A DNA stretch of 64,000 nucleotides, taken from assembly GCF_030028105.1 (NCBI RefSeq), contig NC_092381.1, positions 34,761,550-34,825,549 on the forward strand. Reading direction: 5' to 3'. Source of the DNA: Mobula birostris (lineage: Eukaryota). Shown one piece after another: positions 50,371-63,141 of the stretch (position 1 is the first letter of the stretch; every line of letters begins with the position of its first letter). The notes beneath the pieces are model-generated. The model did no database searches. It had not been told where the DNA came from and saw only the letters and a program-made list of their open reading frames with translations. A program made the position numbers and the translations under genes.

Positions 50371-51164
50371 ACCCCTGAATCACAAACACAGATCAGGGAT
50401 CCGTCACAAACCTCCTGAAAGAGAATCATCCCTCTGTTTTATAAGACTAAGTCACTAGGGATCTCATGTTACTTAATATTCTTGACCTTGACAAATGATT
50501 TAATGAAGTTCAGGTAAACAAGTCACTACCCTACCTCAATCAACTTTGACACTTCCTCAAACAAAACTCAATTAAGTTTGAAAGACAACAACTCCCCCGC
50601 GCAAAGCCATGCTGACTATCCCAAGTAAGTTTATGCTTTTCTAAATGCAACTAAATCCTCTTTCTCAGAATTTTCTTCAATAATTTCCCTCCCACTAGGC
50701 CTCTTATTTCCTGGACGGTCCCCATTGCCCTTCTTAAAGCAACAACATTGGCTATTCTCCAGTCTACTGGTACCTTGTCCATGATTAAAGAGAATACAAG
50801 GATCTCTGTTAAGACCCCAGCAATCTCGTTCATTTCAAGGGTTGGCCTGAGAGTCCTCTCAATATTTCTGCATGAGTTTTATGGTTCTAACATTATCGAC
50901 ATTAAAGAAATGTAATTAAATTGAAGCTAAGGTGATTACCTTCTTTCTATTATTTGGAAAAGATACATTGAATATAGTTGAAAGAGTACAGCTTAGAAAA
51001 TTTATCATTTTACTGGCTTTGTGTAGAATACAGAATAACTTGTCATTGATAGAAAAACTTTATTCAGGGTATAACATTTTCTATGAGGAAGTAATGAGTC
51101 ATTGTTCTTCACTGAGGAAATTTAGAATTTTGAATAAGTTTTATTTTGTATATTTTGCACGTAC

Positions 51165-51282
51165 CTTCTGGAGATTGATCCTCATCGTACAATATAGTTT
51201 GGATGCAGGCAAGTTCTGGATGCTCCATAGGATCAAGTTCTTCTGGTGCCTTTTTCATAAACATTGGAATTTTGTCAAACTC
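51165..51282 (-). CDS. TTC4: TTC4 exon 2
   Basis: EFDKIPMFMKKAPEELDPMEHPELACIQTILYDEDQSPE; AAG / GTACG boundaries. Confidence 0.92.
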
Positions 51283-52449
51283 CTTGATGGGAAAAATTAT
51301 ACGGATATGATTAAAACCAAGCCCTTAGTTTCCTGCTACTGATATTCTTTTCTTGATCCAGGTTGCTACGTGGAGAAATTGAGATGACAGGGGTCTCCTA
51401 TTTTTGATCACAATTTGCATATAATATGCAAAGTTAGCTCTATTCTCACGGCAAACGGAAACCTTTTCACTTTTATCAACAAGGTAAGATTTCCATACTT
51501 TATCGGAAGTAGTATAAAGATGGGTATTTTAACAATGAAGGAAGTGCAGTATTTTATTTTAAATTGAAATTTAATATGAAGACCGATTCTCTGGTTAAAA
51601 AAAAATTGGTGTTTGGCTCTCTCAATATCCCAAGGTGTCACTAATAAAGAATGGAAAGGATCATGAGGTGGTTGAAGGTTAGAACTACCAGTAATCCTAT
51701 GGAAGCTGTCAGCAGATAATTCATAGTGACAAAGATATTCCAGAGGCAATGGCTGGAGATCTTCTGGACTCAATTATACAGGCAAGAACTGAAGTAACAA
51801 AGTTAGTTCCAATGAACTCTATATTCAATAAAGAGTTTTCAACTGCTTTATAAAAGTAGGCAGAAATGTCATGGAGAAGTTTAAAAAATACAGTTAAGAT
51901 GGAGATGATCTAATTTGTGATTTTGATTAGGATTGTGCTGTTAAAGCAGTAGAAAACTGATTGGAGAAATTTGGATCTGGAGTGATGGGAAAGGTAGTGG
52001 CCATGGATTTTGATCTAAATAGTATGTTCAACAACCAATAGGGAAAGAAATTTGGAAACAGAATAATCAGTTGCAAGACCAGTGTTTTTTTTGTTTTGTA
52101 TTTGCCATTTGTTGTCTCTTGCACATCAGTTGCTGTCCATACTACTGGGGGCAGTCTTTCATTGATCCTACTGTATATCTTATGTTTACTGTGATTGTCC
52201 ACAAGAAAATGAATCTCAGGGTTGTATATGGTAACATCTATGTATTTTGATAATAAATTTACTTTAAACTGGATTCCTTCCAGGTGATTTTTCAGTTTCA
52301 CAACAGCCCATGTCATTCACTTGAATTTTGTTGCTATCGGAAGGTAAGCAATATTAAGTATTGTGTTGTTTTCATGTTAACTTATTTTCTACCAACTAAA
52401 TGTGCTCTTAAACATTACTATTCCTTTCTCTGATCATTTTTAAATTATT

Positions 52450-53105
52450 CAAGCTTCAAATTCCTTGGTGTCCATATTTCTGATAATCTCACCTGGTCCC
52501 TGAACTCCTCCATCCTGATCAAAAAGGTGCAACAGCGCCTTTATTTCCTGTGGAGCATCAAGAAAGCTCACCTCTGTCCCAGGATACTGACGGACTTTTA
52601 CCACTGTACCATTGAGAGCATACTCACCAACTACATCTCAGTATGGTATGGCATTGTCCCCTATCGGACCGCAAAGCTGAAAACTGCCCAGCGGATTATC
52701 GGCACCCAATTGCCCACCATTGAGAACATCTACCATAAACGCTGCCTGGGCAGGGTGAAAAGCATTATCAAGGATGCATCTCACCCTAACCATGGACTTT
52801 TTAACTCTCCTCCCATCCGGTAGGGGCTACAGGAACCTCCGCTCCCGCACCAGCAAGCTCAGGAAGAGCTTCTTCCTTGAGGCTGTGACCCTGCTGAACC
52901 TCACATCACAGCGCTAAGCAGTATTGCACCCATATTGTACTGTCTCAGTACTTTTATACTTGTGTGCTGTAGCACTTACTTTTTATTCGCAGTTATTTTG
53001 TAAATAACACTATTCTTTTGCACTTCTGGTCAGATGCTAATTGCATTTCATTGGCTTTGTATCCGTACTCGGCACAATGACAAATTAAGTTGAATCTAAT
53101 CAAGT
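52450..53105 (+). mobile_element. Rex1/L2-type LINE 3' end
   Basis: QQRLYFL..., TIESILT..ISVWYG, IIKDASHP motifs plus 3' UTR. Confidence 0.85.
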
Positions 53106-53705
53106 CAAATCATTCTCAACAGTCCATCAGGGTATCGTTGTATCGTTGCTGACGACTAATTATTCTCTGAAAATCACAGACAATGTGAAACAGTGAAGCT
53201 GGGTCACATCTTCCACCAGCTGAGATTTAGTTGCGTCTCGGAGGGGCAGCGGAAGAGTGACCTGAACACCCTATCAGGCTATGCGCAAGGATGCTGAGGC
53301 CGACACGGATCAAGTCTTATCCGGCTACAATCACCGGCATTTAGATACCTAAGCGGCTCTATGGCTTGGTTGTCAGGAAGTTTTGGACCTTGGTAACATT
53401 TCATCTCAAAGAATTCCGACAATACTGAAAATCAAAAACCGCCACTATTTGCAGAACATGCAATCACTGTAACTTGTTATAATCCTGAAGTCAGGCCATC
53501 TACAAAACGCTAACAAGTTACAAGCCATCGCCGATGATTTTACAGTAGTATTTCAAACCCTTTTGTACCAGTATTTCTAAACATGAAATTCTGCATTGTT
53601 TGAAACGCTATTCGGCCCCTCGTTTCTACCGCACCATTCAGTATGATGATCGTTGAAAAGAAAATCACATCCTCACATATTCCTGGCCAGTTCTCCAAAT
53701 CCCAC

Positions 53706-53813
53706 CTCTTCCCAATTATCCTCGTTGAAACCATCTTTGTACTTCTTCCCCTTGAACTGTTCGATGAACTCGTCCATGCCATCCTCCTCCTCCGGAACAG
53801 TCGCAGAAGCCAT
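53706..53813 (-). CDS. TTC4: TTC4 (tetratricopeptide repeat protein 4, Cns1-like Hsp70/Hsp90 co-chaperone) exon 1
   Basis: GCCGCGATGG Kozak; MASATVPEEEDGMDEFIEQFKGKKYKDGFNEDNWEE; GTGGGA donor. Confidence 0.9.
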
Positions 53814-54075
53814 CGCGGCCCAAGCAGGACGTCCACGGATAATACACTGGAGATTAGGCAGTTGGTCCCATTCAGGAAAGCGTGCTTCCGGTTGCACCGC
53901 CCCGTATCTCGTTCCCCGTGGCCCCGGACTCCAGTTCCGACCCGCAACGACGCTAATGATTAGTACCGTATCGATGGGCAAGTACAGTACGTGATGGTGT
54001 GAAATGTGTGACACTCCTTTAATAGAACCGACTACAGTGTGCAAATTAACACCGTAAACTCCGCGTAGCGCTAAA
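53814..54075 (-). promoter_or_regulatory. CpG-rich TTC4 5' UTR / proximal promoter
   Basis: CpG-rich stretch directly upstream of the ATG; ETS-type CCGGAAG on minus strand (53886-53892). Confidence 0.55.
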
Positions 54076-54264
54076 GAATAGTAATGACAATTTACGAACT
54101 GTTATAAAGTAAATAAGTTGAAATTGGTTTATCAGTATCGCATGTACCAATATACAGTTAAATGCGTGTCCTGCATAATGTTCATACAGATCAAATCATT
54201 ACATAATGTATGGGGTTAGAACAAGGTAAAACAATGCAGAATAAACTGTAACAACTACAGAGAA

Positions 54265-54291
54265 ACACACACACACACACACACACACACA
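54265..54291. repeat. (AC)n microsatellite
   Basis: About 13 AC units. Confidence 0.95.
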
Positions 54292-54717
54292 ATGCTGGAA
54301 GACCTTGGCAGGTCAGGCAGTATCTATGGAGGCAAATAAAACAGTCGACCTTTCCGAGACCCTTCATCCAATAAGTGTCTGGTGTTTCTCAGCTATAGAT
54401 AAAGTGCAGTACAGGTAAACAGTAAAATTCAAGATCATAATGAGGTAGATTGTGAGGTCTATAATCTACTTGATCACACTAGGGAACCACTTAAAAGTCT
54501 TATAACAATGCTGGGTGTGGTCTTAAGGCTGCTGTACCTCCTCGATGATGGTAGTACTGAGAAAACAGCGTGGCCCAGATGGTGAGAGTCTTTAGTGATG
54601 GATGCCGCCTAATTAAGGCACCACCTCTTGAAAATGTCCTTGACGGTGGGGAGAGTTATGCCTGTTATGGAGATGGCTGAGTCTATAACCCTCTTTTGAT
54701 CCTGTCTGTTGGAGCCT

Positions 54718-57252
54718 CCATATTATTTGCCAATGGAAATCTCGCATGCAATTGTGGTTGTTGTGTACATCCCTCCCTCTGTCAACCCTACGTCAGCGTG
54801 TAACATCATTTACACCGTCATAGCCAGATCACAAACCCAGCACCCGAGTGCCCTCATTACCATCTCGGGTGACTTCAACCATGTTACCATGGCTAGAACA
54901 CTGCCCAACTTCACGCAGTAGGTGAGCTGTACAACCAGAGGGGAGAGGACTCTGGATTTGATGTACGCTAACTTTAAGGGTGCATACAGCTCCTCTCCCC
55001 TCCCCCCATTGGGAAGGTCAGATCACAACCTGGTGCATCTAAAACCCTGCTACGTGCAGAGTAAGAGTAAACCTGCTACCTCGAGGACAGTGAGGAAATG
55101 GTCGGAGGAGGCTTATGAGGCGCTCCAGGGTTGTTTTGAGGTGACAGATTGGCAGGCACTCTGTGAGCCACATGGAGAGGATATTGATGGGCTCACAGAG
55201 TGCATCACTGATTACATCAACTTCTGTGTGGACTGTAATGTTCTGACAAGAACTGTCCTTTGTTATTCAAATAACAAGCCATTGGTAACAAAGGACATTA
55301 AGGACATCCTGAACGCTAAAAGGAGGGCGTTTAGAGATGGAAATAGGGAGGAGCTGAGGGCAATACGGAGGGACCTGAAAGCCAGGATCAGGGAGGCTAA
55401 AGACAGGTACAGGAGGAAGCTTGAGTGAAAGCTCCAGCAGAACAACATGAGAGAGGTCTGGAGTGGGATGAACACCATCACTGGGTTCCGGCAAACTAGC
55501 TACAGGGGAGATGAAGGCAGTGTGGACAGGGCCAACGAACTTAACCTGTTCTTTAACAGATTTGACATTGTGACCCCTGCCCATCCCCCACATGAGCCAT
55601 CTGTTGTCAGCCCCCAACCAACACATATTCCACTCTCCCCTCCTACCCCTCCTCACAGTCCCCCACCCTGCTCTCATGACTATACCCCTTCCCCACACAA
55701 AATCACCACGGTGGGCTTCACAGCTGAACAGGTGAGAAGACAGCTGAAACATCTCAACCCAAGCAGAGCTGCAGGCCCGGATGGTGTCAGTACCAGGGTG
55801 CTCAAAGCCTGTGCCTCTCAGCTATGTGGAGTACTTCGCCATGTCTTCAACCTGAGCCTGAGGCTCCAGAGGGTTCCTGTGCTGTGGAAGATGTCCTGCC
55901 TCGTCCCTGTGCCGAAGATGCCACGCCCCAGCGGCCCCAATGACTACATACCAGTGGCATTCACCTCCCACATCATGAAGACCCTGGAGAGACTTGTTCT
56001 GGAGCTGCTCCGGCCTATGGTCAGGCCGCACTTAGATCCCCTCCAGTTCGCCTATCAGCCCCGACTAGGAATTGAGGATGCCATCGTCTACCTGCTGAAC
56101 CGTGTCTACGCCCAGCGAGCACTGTGAAGGTCATGTTTTTTGACTTCACCAGTGCGTTCAACACCATCCGCCCTGCTCTGCTGGGGGAGAAGCTGACAGC
56201 GATGCAGGTGGATGCTCCCCTGGTGTCATGGATTCTTGATTACCTGACTGGCAGACCACAGTACGTGTGCTTGCAACATTGTGTGTCCGACAGAGCGATC
56301 AGCAGCACTGGGGCTCCACAGGGGACTGTCTTGTCTCCCTTTCTCTTCACCATTTACACCTCGGACTTCAACTACTGCACAAAGTCTTATCATCTTCAGA
56401 AGTTTTCTGATGATTCTGCCATAGTTGGATGTATCAGCAAGGGAGATGAGGCTGAGTACAGGGCTACAGTAGGAAACTTTGTCACATGGTGTGAGCAGAA
56501 TTATCTGCAGCTTAATGTGAAAAAGACTAAGGAGCTGGTGTAGACCTGAGGAGAGCTAAGGTACCGGTGACCCCTGTTTCCATCCAGGGGGTCAGTGTGA
56601 ACATGGTGGAGGATTACAAATACCTGGGGATACGAATTGACAATAAACTGGACTGGTCAAAGAACACTGAGACTGTCTACAAGAAGGGTCAGAGCCGTCT
56701 CTATTTCCTGTGGAGACTGAGGTCCTTTAACATCTGCCGGATGATGCTGAGGATGTTCTACGAGTCTGTTGCGTCCAGTGCGATCATGTTTGCTGTTGTG
56801 TGCTGGGGCAGCAGGCTGAGGGTAGCAGACACCAACAGAATCAACAAACTCATTCGTAAGGCCAGTGATGTGGGGATGGAACTGGACTCTCTGACGGTGG
56901 TGTCTGAAAAGAGGACGCTGTCCAAGTTGCATGCCATCTTGGACAATGTCTCCCATCCACTACATAATGTACTGGTTGAGCACAGGAGTACATTTAGCCA
57001 GAGACTCATTCCACCGAGATGCAACACAGAGCGTCATAGGAAGTCATTCCTGCCTGTGGCCATCAAACTTTACAACTCCTCCCTTGGAGGGTCAGACACC
57101 CTGAGCCAATAGGCTGGTCCTGGACTTACTTCTTGGCATAATTTACTATTACTATTTAACTATTTATGGTTTTATTACTATTTAATTATTTATGGTGCAA
57201 CTGTAACGAAAACTAATTTCCCCCGGGATCAATAAAGTATGACTATGACTAT
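54718..57252 (+). mobile_element. Rex1/Babar LINE (partial endonuclease + RT), 5'-truncated, inserted into an older minus-strand Rex1-type remnant
   Basis: YYLP..VVVVYIPP, GDFNH, GRSDHNLV, Pro-rich linker, DPLQFAYQ, DFTSAFNTI, GAPQGTVLSP, KFSDD; AATAAA then (TATGAC)n tail; flanks 54500-54720 and 57251-57325 rejoin. Confidence 0.93.
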
Positions 57253-57349
57253 ATCAGGCAGTGATGCAACCAGTCAGAATGTTCTTCACCATAAATCTAT
57301 AGAAATTTGCAAGGGTTTTGGTGGGCTACAACAATCGTGAGCAACGTCT

Positions 57350-58830
57350 TGTTTGGCTGAGGCAGTGCGAGGTTTAAAAAGAGCTTGGAGCTATTCGAGA
57401 TGTTTGGCGGTCTGCAATCATAACAATTTTTAGGTATTCAGCAAAGGCCAGCATAAAGAAGTGAGGCGTAAGTGGACCGGCCATTGTTGGGAGTGGTTAG
57501 GCATTGGCTCAACAGGAAGAGGCTCCAAGCAAGTTTCTATTACATTTTCTTTCTGTCTTTGTCTATTAATGCATAACTAGTTTGTAATAATAGGTTAGTG
57601 GTATGTTCATGCGAGACGTGGAAACTCTGGGAGACCTCCAGTCTTCCTGATAACTACATCTGTATGAAGTGCACCGAGCAGTAGCTCCTTGCAGATTGTG
57701 TTAAGGAACTGCAACTATACCTGGGTGACCTTTACCTGATATGGGAGAATGAGGAGGGAATAGATAGAAGCTACCGGAAGATAGTCACCCCTAAGTCGCA
57801 GGAGACAGGTACCCGGGTGACTATCAGGAGAGGGAAAGGGAACAGGTAGCCAGTGCAGAGTGCTCCTGTGGTCATTCCCCTTAATAATAAGGACACCACT
57901 TTGGATACTGTTGGAGGGGAAGAGCTGCCAGGGGGAAGCCCCAGTGGCCAGATCTCTGGCACTGAGCTTGGCTCTGTGGCTCAAAAGGAAAGGGTGAAGA
58001 GGAGTGCAGTAATGGTAATGGATTCCATCGTTAGAGGAACAGACAAGCTCCGAAAGAAGCACATGGATGGTGTATTGCCTCCCAGCTGTCGGGATCAGGG
58101 ATGTCTCATACTGGGTCTACAGCACTGTAAAAGGGCAGAGTGAGCAGCCAGAAGTCATGGTACATATTGTTACCAAGGACATAGGTAGCAAAAGGGAGGA
58201 GGTCCTAAAGAGAGAATATAGGGAGATAGGGAGAAAGCTGAAAAGCAGGACCTCCAGGGTAGTAATCTCTGGATTGCCGCCTGTGCCATGCACCAGTGAT
58301 GGTGAGAAAAGAATGATTTGGCAGATGAATGCATGTCTGAGGAATTGGTGCAGGGGGCAGTGTTTCAATTTTCTGGATCATTGGGATCTCTTCTGGCTTG
58401 TACAAAAAGAACGGATTACATCTGAACCCAAGGGGGACGAATATCCTTCCGGGCATATTTGCTAGAGCTGTTGGGAAAGGTTTAAACTAATTTGGCAGAG
58501 GGATGGGAAACTGAGGGACAGGGCTGAGGATGGGGCAATTGGTATACAAGTCAATGCAATGTGTAGTGAGACTGAGAGGATGGACAAGTAGGTGGTAGAG
58601 CAAAATTGCAGTCAGTGGGATGAGCTGAAGTGTAATGTGGGAGCAAAATCAAAGAGGGTGATGAATACAAGACTGAAGGTGTCATATCTGAATGCAGTCA
58701 GTGTACAGAATAGGGTAGGTGATCTCATAGTGCAGTTAGAGATTGGCAGGTATGATGTGGATATCATTGAGTCGTGGCTGAAAGATCATAGTTGGGAGCT
58801 TAACATCTAAGGATACACCTTGTATCTCCA
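57350..58830 (+). mobile_element. CR1 5' part (ORF1 zinc finger and esterase, start of ORF2), decayed
   Basis: PDNYICMKC, VVIPLNNK, DSIVRGTD, VHIVTKDIG, YLNAVSV; homologous to 12600-13578. Confidence 0.88.
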
Positions 58831-59039
58831 GGGCCTGATCAGATATATGCAAGAACACTATGGGAGGCTAGATAAGCTATCACCGGAGCCACAGCTGAGA
58901 TATTTGCTTCCTCATTATCTTCACGTGAGATGCCAGAGGAATTGAGAGTGGTTAATGTTGTGCTTTTACTTTAGAAGGGATGCGTCAGGCCCTGGTGATT
59001 TACCTACCCTCGTACACTACATTTAAATTCATCCAGCAC

Positions 59040-60255
59040 CTCTACTGTAATGTGGATCATCCCCCTCAACTCTCATGAGTTTTACTGTCTTCATGTCTTT
59101 CTCCATGGAGAAAACAGAGAAGAAATATTCATTCTGGACCTCCCCATTTCCAGCAGTTTCACATACAGACCTCCACTGTGATGGAGCATCTCCATTGTCT
59201 ATGACATCACTTATTTTCATGTTAGCTATGAACATGCCTTGTACATTCTCATTCACACCACTGATACAGATGACAAATAACAACTATATATCCATTACAG
59301 AGGGATCATGATCTGCTGGGCAAGTGGGCTAAGGCAAATGGACTTTAATTCAGGAAAGCGTAAGGTGTTGCATTTTGGCAAGACAATCAGGGTAGGACTT
59401 TCACAGTTAATGGAAGGGCAAAGAAAGCTTTTGGCATGCTGGCCTTCATTAGCCAGGACATCTACTGAACTCCTGGTTTAAGGTTTGATAATTCTATGTG
59501 TTGTTCGCCTGCTTTTTGCCGTTTGTGCAATTTTTTTCACGCGTTGGGTGTCTGATGTTTTCTTGTACAGGTTCCATGGTGTTTCTTTGTTTTGTGGCTT
59601 TCTGTGGGAGGACAAATCTCAGAGTTGTACTCTGTATACATACTTCGATAATAAATGTATTTTCAATGTTATGTCACAGTTGTACAAGAAGCTGCTGAAG
59701 CCACATTTGGAATATTGTTTTCAGTTCTGCTCATTTTCCTATAGGAAAGATACAATTAAGCAGGAAAGATTTATGTGGATGTTGCCAGCACTCAAAGGAC
59801 TGAGCTATAGAGGTTGAAGGCTATGATTTTATTCCTTGGAGCATAGAATGAGTACTGATCTTGTAGTGATGTGTAAAATCATGAGCATAGATCACCTGAG
59901 TGTGCAGTTTTTCCCCTGGGTTCGGGAAACAAGACAGGAGGACGTAGAAGAGGGTGAGAAGACACAGATTTAATAGGAACCCAAGGGGCAACTTTTTCAC
60001 CCAGAGAGTAGTCTGCATATGAAATGAGCAAGAAAGGAAGTGGTTGTCGAAGGTACAGTACATTTACAACATTGAAAAGGCACTTGAACAGGTGCATGGA
60101 TAAGAAATGTTCAGAGGGATATGGGTCAAACTTGGGCAAATGGAACTAGCTTAGATGCACATCTTGATTGACATGGAGCAGATGTGCATCTACATTGACA
60201 TGGGCTAGCTATGCTGAAGGGCTGTTTCAGTGCTGACTCTGTGACTATGACTAAT
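59040..60255. mobile_element. Scrambled CR1 fragments with an inserted LINE tail (about 59470-59665)
   Basis: VMSQLYKKLLKPHLEYCFQF and CR1 3' remnants. Confidence 0.7.
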
Positions 60256-60741
60256 TAAAACATGTTGCTCTTTCTGTTGCAATGCCATGACAGCTGAAAA
60301 TTCCCGTCACCAAACCATTCCTGCAAACTCCCTGCATTTGTCATCAGCTCTCTGGTAATTTATGATGGTTGTGAGATTGTGATTGATCGCAACAGATGAT
60401 CAAACATTTATATTTGCCTCGGATAAAGCACCAAAACTGAGAGAAGTAATGCCTCAGAATCTTTCACGGTTTGCAAGACCCGACCACAATGGAGCAGACC
60501 TCCCGGCCAGCGCTCAGTGCTGTTTGCGTAAAACTGCGTTTTGTAAAGTCGCATGCGCTGCATCATGAAGAAAGCAGCTGCATTAGCCACATATTGTCTG
60601 CTGACTCTAGTTCCCTCGTCGCTAGTGCAGGCATACGAAGTCTATGCAATTGAATACGTTGTTTTACTGGATTGACGCATATAAAGTTTTGGTTGATTTT
60701 TCAGCACATTGTCCAAGATTCTATATTATCATTTTCAATAG

Positions 60742-61499
60742 ATTCAAAGTACATTTATTATAAATTATACAACCTTGAGATTTGTTTGCTCACAGGTAGC
60801 CACAAAAAGAATAAAAAATAAAAGACCAGCACCTGATGCGCAAGAAAAAGAAAAAACAACAAAACCATGCAAACAATTGAAGCGAACTACAACATTCTGA
60901 ACCGTCAGATCCGAACCCTGAAGTAAGCCCAAAGCCTCATTTATTAGTTCATCTTATTAGCAGGCATGGAGCACAGCAGCCAGGGCAGTCTTCATAGCCT
61001 CAACGCCATGGAGAGAGGAGTGATCAACTTGGAGAACGAGCAAAATCGGCTCTCGCCTTGGATCCCGACACTCCGTCTTTTCAGTCTTTCTGGGCTGGCG
61101 TTTAAAAGAACTGAACAGCGAAAGGCTTTGGCGCCTTGAAGAGAGTAGCGAACATTGCGGACAGAGAGACAGAGAGAAACATTGGATCTCACCTCCGATC
61201 TGGGCCGGTATTTAAACTGTCTAAACAGCGGTCTGTACCTCACACTAGGACCCGGCTACTGTGAAGGACTCAGGGCCTGAAACACGCTGCCCAGGTTTCA
61301 CCGCCCAGCCCAAAGCCGCTCTCACGCTCTTCAAGTCAGCTCGGCGCCCAGAGTGATCCAACCTCACACCCAGGCCCGTTGTACGGGCATTGGAACTCCA
61401 TCTGCAACAATTCTGCAGACGTTTTTAGTCTAATTTCTTAACTTTTTAACGACCAGCGAGCCACCGCATGCGTTTGGTACTGCCATCTTAACCAGAAGT
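60742..61499 (-). mobile_element. ORF-less LINE-derived (SINE-like) retroelement with 8-bp TSD
   Basis: TTCAATAG at 60734-60741 and 61500-61507; 5' end ACTTCTGGTTAAGATGGC; 3' end AATCTCAAGGTTGTAT...AATAAATGTACTTTGAAT, similar to LINE tails at about 52210-52270 and 59614-59665. Confidence 0.7.
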
Positions 61500-61731
61500 T
61501 TCAATAGCTGTACTGGAATTCCCAGCATAATACATTGATTCTCAGTGAGAGGGATGTAATCAAATGAAAACATTTTGTTTATTCTCTATCTACATCTAAT
61601 TCTACCTGATATATTGGTGTATTTTATATGATTGTTTTCTGCATATTACAAAAAGACAGGGTTACAAGGATTCAGTGTAGAAAATCAGGACCTTTTCACC
61701 TGTATATTTGACTTAAGATTAATTTAAAACA

Positions 61732-63141
61732 TTAAGCCACTTGCACATTTTTCAGAAAATCCAACACACCTTCTTGTGTGAGAAACACTGTCCTTCCATT
61801 ATTTTGGCAGTTAACCTCAAAAACAGCAGGGTCTTCCAAAATCCTCTTCCCTGCAATGACAACATATGGATAACCCAGGCGGCTGGCATCTTTCAATCTC
61901 CTGCCAATGGTCAAGTGACTGCGGTCATCCAACAGTACCTCTCCACGAAGTTGGGGGACAACGTCCATCAGATTATCATAAAGCGACTCTAACTGGTGCA
62001 AATTCAGCTCCTCCTTGCTGCCTTTCTTAGGGGAAATGAGACAAACCTGATAAGGGGCCAGGAGATCGGGCCACCGAATGTCATTTTCAGTGGACAAAAC
62101 CTCTATTGCTGCAGCCAGTATGCGTGTGATCCCAAGACCAAAGCAGCCCATCTCTGACAGGATGGGCTTGTTCTCAGTGTTAGAATATGAAGCACCAAAC
62201 ACCTGTGAATACTTGGTCCCAAGATAAAAGGTGTGTCCCACTTCAATGCCTCTGCTTTCTATCAGTTTACCATCGCACTGTGGGCACTTTGATTCTACCA
62301 TCTTCATTGTTTCCACATTCGCCGCAAAATGGCAGTCTGAGCACATCAGAAGGCGATCTTCCCCAATCTCTGCTGGCAGCTGAAACTCGTGTGACAGCTT
62401 ACCACCAATATTGCCAGTGTCTGCCTGTACCTTCACGAACTGCAAACCCAACCGATCAAATATGCACCCATAAGCACCAGACACAAGTTCGTAAGTTTCC
62501 TTGGCCGCTCCCTCTGAGACGTCAAACGTGTACATGTCTTTCATATAGAACTCCCTTCCTCGGAGCAAACCAAAACGCGGCTTAGGCTCGTCTCGGAACT
62601 TCCTTGTCACTTGGTATAGCAGCAGTGGCAGTTGTTTGTATGAGAGGTTCCCCTGCGTGGCCACAAGCTCAGTCACAGCTTCCTCATGTGTCGGACTTAA
62701 GCAATAGTCCATGTTGTGCCTGTCCTTTAGTCTGAATAGTTCCTTCCCCAGGAGGTCCCAGCGTCCACTGGCCTTCCACAGGTTCGCAGAGGTGAGGCTG
62801 GGTATGTTCACTTTCTGGCCCCCAATGGACTGCATTTCCTCATCGATCAGGCTGATAAGTTTCTCCATGGCACGGACTGTATACGGCAGATAGTGAAAGC
62901 AGCCCGGGTTGGCTGGCTGGATGAGGCCCGCCTGAAGCATCAGTCGCTGGCTCTTGCAAGTGAGCTCACCCGACCGACCAACTCCAACCATTCTGTCCTC
63001 TTGCAGGTTCAAAGGCTGAAAGAGGCGAGATAACAGTAGGCGTTTTGACCTGCATTGGTGAAAATGCGACCTCTGCGAATACAGGAAACCACGGGCGAGG
63101 TTCTTGAACAATCCCACTGAAGAATATATTGCCACCTCCAT
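61732..63141 (-). CDS. PARS2: Mitochondrial prolyl-tRNA synthetase, single coding exon, 469 aa
   Basis: Class II ProRS motifs (SPTHEE, FRDEPKPRFGLLRGREFYMKDMYTF, GIEVGHTF, MGCFGLGITR) and C-terminal anticodon-binding domain; basic N-terminal presequence; acceptor TTTTTAG at 63162-63163 just upstream of the ATG; AATAAA at 61578-61583. Confidence 0.95.
   Translation of the reverse strand: MEVAIYSSVGLFKNLARGFLYSQRSHFHQCRSKRLLLSRLFQPLNLQEDRMVGVGRSGELTCKSQRLMLQAGLIQPANPGCFHYLPYTVRAMEKLISLIDEEMQSIGGQKVNIPSLTSANLWKASGRWDLLGKELFRLKDRHNMDYCLSPTHEEAVTELVATQGNLSYKQLPLLLYQVTRKFRDEPKPRFGLLRGREFYMKDMYTFDVSEGAAKETYELVSGAYGCIFDRLGLQFVKVQADTGNIGGKLSHEFQLPAEIGEDRLLMCSDCHFAANVETMKMVESKCPQCDGKLIESRGIEVGHTFYLGTKYSQVFGASYSNTENKPILSEMGCFGLGITRILAAAIEVLSTENDIRWPDLLAPYQVCLISPKKGSKEELNLHQLESLYDNLMDVVPQLRGEVLLDDRSHLTIGRRLKDASRLGYPYVVIAGKRILEDPAVFEVNCQNNGRTVFLTQEGVLDFLKNVQVA

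Noticed and set aside
50932-52316. 121-136 aa ORFs around TTC4 exon 2 and in intron 1
   Set aside because: AT-rich, low-information translations; one is antisense to exon 2 and one overlaps a LINE tail
53540-54044. Overlapping 106-135 aa ORFs on both strands at the TTC4 5' end
   Set aside because: By-products of a GC-rich promoter and exon 1; only 53706-53813 resembles TTC4
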